A DNA stretch of 35,221 nt from assembly GCA_038213805.1 (NCBI GenBank), contig JBBQSO010000057.1:1-35221 (forward strand). Reading direction: 5' to 3'. Below, piece after piece: positions 28,230-35,221 of the stretch. The translations under genes were made by a program, and so were the position numbers. The number at the start of each line of letters is the position of its first letter. Position 1 is the first letter of the stretch. The notes beneath the pieces were generated by a model that did no database searches, had not been told where the DNA came from, and worked only from the letters and a program-made list of their open reading frames with translations. The stretch comes from Planctomycetota bacterium (GTDB lineage: Bacteria; Planctomycetota; UBA11346).

Positions 28230-31200
28230 ATGGCAGTCACAGAAAAGAAGATCCTCGGACGCAGCACGCGCGTCGACCTGGTCGACAAGGTGCGCTCCAC
28301 CGACTCGGTCTCCAATTACCTGATGGCCACCTCCTACGACGAGGAGGTCAAGATCTACACCCTCGCCGACCTCTCCGTCGGCGTGCTGCTCGAGATCACC
28401 CCGCTGGCCGCGAGCGTGCTCAGCGACGACGAGCTGCAGACCTACAGCGATTCGATCGCGGTGGCGTTGTCGCGCCTGCCCGAGCACGCCATCATCCAGA
28501 GCCACATCCTGCCCGCCGCCAACGTCGATCAGGATATCGAGAGTTACTACGCGGCCGGTTCGGGCGACGACCATCCGGTGCTGGCCACGCACGAGCGCAT
28601 GGTCGCGGACATGTACCGCCGCTCGGTGTCCAAGCCGCTGTTCGCCTTCCAGTACGGCGAGGGCGGCTTCAAGACCAAGCGCTACCGCGTGCTGCTCAGC
28701 ATCGTCGTGCGCCCGGATGAGATGGTCGGCGGCGGCAAGGCCAGCACCCTCGACTTCCTCAGTTCGCTGGTCGGCCGCATCCGCCGCGGCAGCGGCGTGC
28801 CGGCGATCCGCCGCGCGCCTGCCGAAGAACGCTACCTGACGATGCGCGAGCGCCTCTACAAGCGCCTGCAGGAGACCGCACGCCGCCTCGAGGGCACCCT
28901 GCGCACCAACCACCTGCAGGTGCGACGCCTGCCGCCCACCGAACTGGTGGCGTTGACGCGCATGCTGATGTGGCCCGAGGCGTCGCTCGGTGCCAAGCCG
29001 GAGCATGATCCCTACCAGCAACTCGCCACGCAGATCCCGCTCGGCGACGTCGCGGTTGAATGCTCGAGCGGGTCGGTGCTGTCGGACGGCTGGGTCTACA
29101 AGTCCCTGAGCATGAGTTCGATTCCGCGCTCGACCACGCCCGGCGCCACCACGCTGCCGCAGGCCGCCCTCGGGCTTTTCACCCTGCTCGATTTCATCGG
29201 CGACGGATTCCTGACCGTCTCGGCGCACTGCAAGCCGGTCAACGACGTGCGTAGCTTCCTTGACAAGCGCCGGCGTTTCATCCGCGGCGGGTTCGCCATG
29301 CCCTCCAAGGTCGACCAGCTGCTGCGCGATTGCGATCTGACCTCCTACTTCATCGAGACCGACCGGCGCAAGATGTTCGACGCGCAGATCGTGATCTGCG
29401 TGCGCGGCCGCAACGAGCGCGAGGCCCAGGAGCAGGCCGAAAAGGTGCGCGACAAGGCCGCCGACGTCGGCATCGACTGCCGGGTCGAGCAGCACTACGG
29501 CCCATCGCTGCTCTTCCAGAGCCTGCCCTTCGGCTTCGCTCCGACCCTGCCCGAGGCGCGCCGCCTGTGGTTGATGCCCGACCGCGCGGTCGCCGACTTC
29601 CTGCCGTTGTTCATGCTTTCGCGCGGCACCAAGCGGCCTGCGCTGATGCTGCACAACCGCCTCGGCGAGCCGTTCTTCTTCAACCCCTTCGACTCGCCCA
29701 CCGCGGCGCACTGCGTGATCTGCGGTGAATCGGGCTCGGGCAAGAGCTTCTTCACCAACTACCTGATGTTCTCGGCCCTGCGCAAGGCCGATGCCCAGGT
29801 CTTCGCCATCGACAAGGGACGCAGCTACGCGACCTCGACGGCGATGCTGGGCGAAAAGGGCTCCTACAATAACATGGGGCTGTCGAGCAAGACCTGCATC
29901 AACGCCTTCGCCGGCACGCTTGAGAACGCCTCCGCCTTCCTGCGTCAGTTCATCGCCCACCTCGCCAGCCAGGTCGAGACCGACCGCCTGAACAGCGACC
30001 AGATGGGCATCGTCGACGAATGCATCACGCGCTCCTTCCTGCGCAAACAGCAGACCTTCAGCTGGCGGGACTTCGCCGAGATCCACCAGCGCTGGCCACG
30101 CGGCGCGTGGGTCGACCGGCTGCGCAAGCGCATGGTCATCCGCCCGCTCGACGAGATGCAGCGCAGCGGCATCGACCAGCTCAAGGCCAAGGACAGCGGC
30201 CGTTCACCGGAATTCGAGATCTACACGCGCGCCCTGCTGCGCTCGCGCCGCGTGCTCAACCGCGAGACCCGCCAGCTCATCAAGGAGGAGACCTTCGATG
30301 ACGCCAAGTCCATCGACCAGGAGACCAAGCGCTGGCTCGAGAGCCGCGGCTTCCTGATCGAGGACCTGATCGGGGACGACGGCGCGCGCCGCGCCTGCGT
30401 GCTCTATGTGAACTCCACCCAGGAGCGCGCGCTGGACATGGACGGCTTCGCCTTCGAGCCGCTGCGCGACGTCCTGATCCTCGACGTGGCGCGGCGCGAG
30501 GACCTGGGCGAGCTCGCCGAGGCCGGCGCACGCATCGTCCATCCCCAGGCCTACCTCGACGAGCAGCGCCTGCGCTTCACCGCCGAAGTGCGCGCCGAGC
30601 ACGCCAACGCCGCGCCGGAGGTGGTCGCAGACATTGTCGCCCAGCGCATGTCCGAACTGAGTGCGGTCGCCTATTTCGACAGCCTCGACGGCACTGTGCG
30701 CATGCAGTTCGAGGTGTTTTTCAGCGACCTCATCCGCGAGTTGCAGGAGCACCGCAGCGAAGCGCTCGCCGCGCCGATCGTCAGCCGCCTCGCGGCCTAC
30801 CACGGCAACGGGCCGCTCGCCGGCTTCTTCGATGGCGAGACCCAGTTCCGCCTCGAAGGCAAGAAGCTTTGCACCTTCGAGCTGCAAGAACTCTCCTCCG
30901 CGGGCGAGCACCTGGTCGCCGCGGTGGTCGGCACCCTGCTACAGATGCTGGTGCTGTACTGCCAGAGCGAGCATCTCAAGGGCGGCGGTCCGCGCGCCTA
31001 CCTGAAGTACATCGTGCTCGACGAGTTCTGGGCGTTGCTCGCGGTGCCGATGGTCGCCGATCTGGTCATCAACGGCCTGCGCACGCTGCGCAAGCACAAC
31101 ACTGCGATCGTCTGCATCTCGCAGCTGGTGCGCGACTTCGCCACCACCGAGCGCGGCAAGGTCGTGCTCAGCGCCTCGCAGCACCGCATCCTGCTGCGTC

Positions 31201-31535
31201 AGCCGCCGGACGTCATCGCCGAGCTCGACAAGCACCTCGACTGGTCGGACGAGCAGAAGGCCCTGATGTACACCGTGGTCTCGGCCAAGGGCATGTTCTC
31301 GGAGGCGATCTTCGACATCCCCAATCAGGGCATCTGCGAGGTGGCGCGTTTCGTGCCCACGCCCTACGCCTACTGGATCTTCACCACCGCGCCCGAGGAC
31401 GTGCGTCAGCGCGACCTGCTGCGCAATGAGTTCCGGGCGCGCGGCTATCCCGCCGACGAGGCCCTCGACCGCGCCCTGCAGGACTGCTCAGAGCGTTGGC
31501 CGAACGGCTTCTCGGCTGGCGAGAAGAGGCGCTGA
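28230..31535 (+). CDS. traC: TraC/VirB4 family ATPase
   Basis: F.FNPFD, Walker A HCVICGESGSGKSF, IDKGRSY, CINAF, FFDG, Walker B IVLDEFW and RTLRKHN....ISQ motifs. Confidence 0.92.
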   Translation: MAVTEKKILGRSTRVDLVDKVRSTDSVSNYLMATSYDEEVKIYTLADLSVGVLLEITPLAASVLSDDELQTYSDSIAVALSRLPEHAIIQSHILPAANVDQDIESYYAAGSGDDHPVLATHERMVADMYRRSVSKPLFAFQYGEGGFKTKRYRVLLSIVVRPDEMVGGGKASTLDFLSSLVGRIRRGSGVPAIRRAPAEERYLTMRERLYKRLQETARRLEGTLRTNHLQVRRLPPTELVALTRMLMWPEASLGAKPEHDPYQQLATQIPLGDVAVECSSGSVLSDGWVYKSLSMSSIPRSTTPGATTLPQAALGLFTLLDFIGDGFLTVSAHCKPVNDVRSFLDKRRRFIRGGFAMPSKVDQLLRDCDLTSYFIETDRRKMFDAQIVICVRGRNEREAQEQAEKVRDKAADVGIDCRVEQHYGPSLLFQSLPFGFAPTLPEARRLWLMPDRAVADFLPLFMLSRGTKRPALMLHNRLGEPFFFNPFDSPTAAHCVICGESGSGKSFFTNYLMFSALRKADAQVFAIDKGRSYATSTAMLGEKGSYNNMGLSSKTCINAFAGTLENASAFLRQFIAHLASQVETDRLNSDQMGIVDECITRSFLRKQQTFSWRDFAEIHQRWPRGAWVDRLRKRMVIRPLDEMQRSGIDQLKAKDSGRSPEFEIYTRALLRSRRVLNRETRQLIKEETFDDAKSIDQETKRWLESRGFLIEDLIGDDGARRACVLYVNSTQERALDMDGFAFEPLRDVLILDVARREDLGELAEAGARIVHPQAYLDEQRLRFTAEVRAEHANAAPEVVADIVAQRMSELSAVAYFDSLDGTVRMQFEVFFSDLIRELQEHRSEALAAPIVSRLAAYHGNGPLAGFFDGETQFRLEGKKLCTFELQELSSAGEHLVAAVVGTLLQMLVLYCQSEHLKGGGPRAYLKYIVLDEFWALLAVPMVADLVINGLRTLRKHNTAIVCISQLVRDFATTERGKVVLSASQHRILLRQPPDVIAELDKHLDWSDEQKALMYTVVSAKGMFSEAIFDIPNQGICEVARFVPTPYAYWIFTTAPEDVRQRDLLRNEFRARGYPADEALDRALQDCSERWPNGFSAGEKRR

Positions 31536-32929
31536 TGGCGACGGCGGACCTGCTCACCGCGCTGCCCGACCTGGCTGCGCTGCCCAACCCGCACCTGTTG
31601 GTGCTCGGTGAATGGCGTGGCGACGTCGCCCGGGTGCTCGCGCACCGCCTTGCGCAGCAGCCGGGTGGCGCCGGTCTGGTCGCGATCAGCCGTCAGGAGG
31701 GGGCGGACATCGCCAGCGCGCGCACCGTCGATGGACGCGAGCTCGACCTGCTCGCCGGTCTGGCCGCGGGCAACGACGGGCTGGCCAGCCTGCGCGGTCT
31801 GCTGCTTGACCTTGCCGCGACTGAGTGCGGGCCTGCGGCGCCGCCCGCGGTCGCGGCCTGCCTGGAGCGCCTCGCCAACGCCGCCGCCGGCGCCAACCCG
31901 CAGCCGGTCGCCGGCTTGGCGCTGCTCGCCATGCGCTTCCCGCCCGGCACCGCTCCGGCGCGCGCCGCCGCACTGATCGATGACATGGTCGGCCACGCCG
32001 CCGCAAGCGGACTGCCGGCGCCCCAGGCGCGGCGCGGCCCCTGGTCGCGTGAGGACGCGCGTGCCGCACGCCTCGCACTCGAGCGCGGCGAGCTCGCTGC
32101 GGACGGGTTTGCCCTGCTGGTCGCCGCCCGTGATGCCGAAGACTGGCGCCCCTATGCGGCCGAACTCGTGCCCGACCTCTCGCCCGGGGCGCTCGCCGCC
32201 GAACGCGATCTCGCCGAGACCCGTTTGCGCCGGCAGCCCGAGTACCGCGCCGCGCCCGCAGATGCACTGGCCGCACTCGCCGCGCACCACGTCGAGGCGC
32301 GGATCTGGGAGATCGCCTGGAACCGCGCGCTCGAGGCGCAGGCCACCCCGCTGCCGCTCGGTTCCGAGAACGTGCTGCACGCCCTGGCCGAGGAGCCCGC
32401 GGCGCGGCCGCTCGCCGATCTGTTGCGCGGCATCCTTGGCGGTCGCACACGCCTGCCCACCTGGTGGGACGGCGGCCTGTGGCTGATCGGCGATCCCGGG
32501 CGCCATCCGCTGCGCCTCGCGGTGCTGCTCGATGCTCTGTTCGAGCGCGCCGCGCTGCCCGCCGTGGTCGGCAGGCCCAAGGTGCTGATGGTCGATGGCG
32601 AATCGGCGCTGGCCGCGCCGGCGCCGCGCGCCGCGCTCGAGCGCCTGCTGCGCGGCGGGCGTAAGCACCACCTCTCCGTGGTGCTGCTGCTCGGCGACCA
32701 GGAACCGCCTGGCGGCGCCATCGGCGAGCTCTGCGCCAACCGCCTGGTCGACGCGCGCAGCGTGGCCCGCCTGCCCGCGCGCCTGCGCCCCACGGCCGCC
32801 GTCGACCATGCCGCGCCACGCGGCTGGTTGACCACCAGCCAGACCTCGCACCCCGCGCCACTCGGCGCGTGGTTCACCTCCGACGAGGTCGCCAGCGGCG
32901 ATCGTCTGCTCACGGGAGCCCGCGCATGA
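31535..32929 (+). CDS. Degenerate VirB4/HerA-FtsK-like P-loop protein (pseudo-ATPase)
   Basis: TGATG-coupled to traC. HLLVLGEWRGDV (Walker A position), LVAIS, KVLMVDGESALA (Walker B position) and LRGGRKHHLSVVLL are collinear with the TraC motifs. Confidence 0.65.
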   Translation: MATADLLTALPDLAALPNPHLLVLGEWRGDVARVLAHRLAQQPGGAGLVAISRQEGADIASARTVDGRELDLLAGLAAGNDGLASLRGLLLDLAATECGPAAPPAVAACLERLANAAAGANPQPVAGLALLAMRFPPGTAPARAAALIDDMVGHAAASGLPAPQARRGPWSREDARAARLALERGELAADGFALLVAARDAEDWRPYAAELVPDLSPGALAAERDLAETRLRRQPEYRAAPADALAALAAHHVEARIWEIAWNRALEAQATPLPLGSENVLHALAEEPAARPLADLLRGILGGRTRLPTWWDGGLWLIGDPGRHPLRLAVLLDALFERAALPAVVGRPKVLMVDGESALAAPAPRAALERLLRGGRKHHLSVVLLLGDQEPPGGAIGELCANRLVDARSVARLPARLRPTAAVDHAAPRGWLTTSQTSHPAPLGAWFTSDEVASGDRLLTGARA

Positions 32930-34023
32930 CCAGTTCCTCCGCCTCCACCGCCCGCGTCACGGCCGGCATCGCCGCCCTCGCCCTGCTCGGGGGCTGTGGC
33001 GACGAGCGCCACGCGCGCGACGATCTGCCGCTCACTCCGCAGCAGGAGCACGATGTGTTCCTCGCCTCCGACAATCTCGGCCCCGACACCGACGTCATCG
33101 TCCTCGCCAACGTGCCCAAGGCGCGTTACGAGAACGGCGCCATCGTCCTGACCGGCGGCAAGCAGCTCTACGTGGTGCAGCCGCACGCCTGGCGGACCTA
33201 CACCGGCACCGCACTCAGCGCCGAGGAGGCCCAGCGCGAGGTGGCGCGCGCTGCGCGTCTCGAAGTCGCGATCACGGACATCGCCGCGGCCGCCAGCGAG
33301 CTCAAGCAGTACCTCGAGGGCCGCTCCAGCGAGGCCGCGCACGCCAGCGCGCGCCTCCAGGAGGAGGACGCCACCAGGCGCAGCGGCCAGGAGGTCCAGC
33401 AGCAGCGACTGCTCGAGGAGGCGGCGCGCGTGCACCGCGCGCGCGACCAGGAAATCGGTCGCATCACCAATGCACGCGACGACCAGGTCGCCGCGGTCTA
33501 CAAGGAGGGCGGCAACGAGATCGAGGGGATCACCGCCACCTTCGGCCGTCAGGTCGACGAACTCAACCAGCGCTGGGCGAAGGTCGAGGCCGACGTCCTG
33601 GCGGCCTATCGTGCCGCCGGCGAGAAGCTCACGGTCAGCCAGAAGCTCGAGGTCGAGATCGCGCACTCCAAGAACATGGATCAGACCTACCTGCTCAAGC
33701 AGGAGGAGCTGCACGAGCGCCAGCGGCAGGAACTGAGCGAAAGCAACCGCAAGCGCATCGCCGAACTGCACCGCGACCGTGATGCCGAGGTCGCCAAGGC
33801 GCGCACCGCGTCGGCGGCGCGCATCGATGACGCGCGCCGCCTCTACGAGGCCAAGGCCGAGCGCATCCGCCGCGCCGCCGACGATCAGCTGGCGGCGGTG
33901 CGGGCGCGCGAGGACAACGCGGCGGCCGCGGGCGGCAACGCTGCCTCCACGGCGCCCGCCGCCGCACCGACGCCGGCACCGTCCGTCACGCCCGCCACGG
34001 GGGATGGCAATGGCGGTAAATAG
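32926..34023 (+). CDS. Lipoprotein with long coiled coil
   Basis: ATGA overlap; lipobox LLGGC; about 200-aa E/Q/R/A-rich helical region. Confidence 0.8.
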   Translation: MTSSSASTARVTAGIAALALLGGCGDERHARDDLPLTPQQEHDVFLASDNLGPDTDVIVLANVPKARYENGAIVLTGGKQLYVVQPHAWRTYTGTALSAEEAQREVARAARLEVAITDIAAAASELKQYLEGRSSEAAHASARLQEEDATRRSGQEVQQQRLLEEAARVHRARDQEIGRITNARDDQVAAVYKEGGNEIEGITATFGRQVDELNQRWAKVEADVLAAYRAAGEKLTVSQKLEVEIAHSKNMDQTYLLKQEELHERQRQELSESNRKRIAELHRDRDAEVAKARTASAARIDDARRLYEAKAERIRRAADDQLAAVRAREDNAAAAGGNAASTAPAAAPTPAPSVTPATGDGNGGK

Positions 34024-35074
34024 GTTCCCAGCCGTCCTCGCCGGACTCGGCCTGCTCGCGCTGGCCGGCTGCGCGCAACGCTACGACCGCGTGGCGGTGG
34101 TCGGACTGGTCGTGCCCGTGCGCACGGCGCCACCGGCCCGTGGGACCACGCTGCAGCAGCTGCCACCGCTCGAGGGCTTGCCGGTCGCGCCCGATACCAG
34201 CGACGGCGCCGTGCTGGTCGAGGTCGACCAGCAGCGCTTCTGGCAGGACCATGGCTACATCCTTCCTGCCTGGCAGGCGCCGCATGCGGCAGCGCCGGAC
34301 ACCCGTCTTGATGAGTTGCGCGATCTGAGCGCGAGCATCGCCGCGATCCGCGTGCTGCTTGATGGCGTTTTCGCCGCGTCGTCGCCGGGTGGCGCGGACG
34401 CTGGACCGGCCGCGACCGGAGCCCCTGGCGCCGGCGCCGATGCCGGCCGGCGGCGCGCCAGCCTGATGCTCAGCCCCGAGGACTGGAGCGGCCTGACCAG
34501 CCGCCTCGCCACCCTGGCCGCGCGCATCGGTGCGCTGAATAGCGCCGCACGCCAGGACGATGGCCTGGGCGGCAGCGGCGGTGCGCACGACGGCGAGGCC
34601 ATCCACCAGCGCCTCGCCGAGGCGCTGTGGGCCGGTCTCGAGCCGCTCGCGCTCGGTCTCGCAGCGCAGGCCAACGACCTCGGCACCGATGGGGTCTTCG
34701 CTGCGTTGCGCCGGCACCCTGCGCACGGCGCCGCGATGGAGGTCCAGCTTGAGCAGGTACGCGCGGTCGCGCAGCTGCTCGCGCAGACCGTGCGCCAGCG
34801 CGAATCCGGCCAGGTGGTCACGGCGGTGCGCCTGCTGGCGCGCGCGCTCGACGGGCTCGCGGCCTCGCCATTGTCCGCGCTCGCCTTCGGCGGCCCGCAG
34901 CCGGGCGAGCTGGCGATCACCCGCGCCGAACGCGATCAGTCACGTGCGCGGCTGGTCGGGCTGCGCCAGGCGTTGGCCCTGCTCACGGCGCGCTGGGCCG
35001 CGAACAATGCCGCGCTGCTGCAGCAGCAGCCGCTGCCGACGCTGGTCTGGCAGCCGGCTGCCAAGGTGGACTGA
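34010..35074 (+). CDS. Helical lipoprotein of unknown function, last gene of the operon
   Basis: MAVNRFPAVLAGLGLLALAGC lipobox; overlaps the previous stop. Confidence 0.75.
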   Translation: MAVNRFPAVLAGLGLLALAGCAQRYDRVAVVGLVVPVRTAPPARGTTLQQLPPLEGLPVAPDTSDGAVLVEVDQQRFWQDHGYILPAWQAPHAAAPDTRLDELRDLSASIAAIRVLLDGVFAASSPGGADAGPAATGAPGAGADAGRRRASLMLSPEDWSGLTSRLATLAARIGALNSAARQDDGLGGSGGAHDGEAIHQRLAEALWAGLEPLALGLAAQANDLGTDGVFAALRRHPAHGAAMEVQLEQVRAVAQLLAQTVRQRESGQVVTAVRLLARALDGLAASPLSALAFGGPQPGELAITRAERDQSRARLVGLRQALALLTARWAANNAALLQQQPLPTLVWQPAAKVD

Positions 35075-35097
35075 GCTCGGCCTGCGGTAGGATGCAC

Positions 35098-35159
35098 GAC
35101 GCATCCGTGCCGCCGTCCGCGTACCCGGATGGCGCGGTTTCGCACGGATGCGTTTTCCC
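35098..35159 (+). terminator. Nested hairpin closing the T4SS-like operon
   Basis: CGCATCCGTGC/GCACGGATGCG outer stem with inner CGCCGTCC/GGATGGCG, followed by TTTT. Confidence 0.6.
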
Positions 35160-35221
35160 GGCGCGTGGCACCCCGGGCGGCCCCCCCCCCCCCCCGGGCA
35201 CGCCCCCCTCCCCACCCAGGA

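Noticed and set aside
31535..32929. Calling this ORF the TraD/VirD4 coupling protein
   Set aside because: It has no N-terminal TM helices and no intact Walker A, and its motif context is closer to the adjacent TraC.
35181..35221. Poly-C run / G-quadruplex-like tract
   Set aside because: It is at the extreme end of the window and is likely a low-quality contig terminus.

Overview
High-GC bacterial chromosomal window (the poly-C run at the right end suggests a contig edge). It has three blocks. (1) 1-9258: secreted or surface proteins. Two are paralogous alpha/beta-hydrolases: one has golvesin-like and Ig-like repeats plus a Gly-rich/Cys C-terminal anchor, the other is a tandem double domain whose second nucleophile is Ser->Ala. 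There is also a 907-aa secreted unknown protein. (2) 9371-17005: a redox/metal-stress cluster (multi-TM protein, membrane-domain-fused NDH-2-like flavoprotein, DoxX, Cys-rich bufferin-like precursor with no adjacent DUF692 enzyme, exported MsrB, MsrA), followed by an esterase and an RRM protein. (3) 17370-35074: an apparently co-transcribed 14-gene, highly divergent F-type T4SS-like operon (pilin, TraL, three TraE/VirB8-like genes, TraK, giant TraB, TraV, TraC). It is preceded by a CxxC-less thioredoxin-fold protein and a VKOR-DsbA fusion, and followed by a degenerate VirB4-like paralogue and two lipoproteins. No relaxase, coupling protein, TraW/U/N/G/H, integrase or att site is visible, so this is a candidate domesticated, non-conjugative secretion, uptake or contact machine. 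All family calls come from motif recognition by eye, not from database searches.
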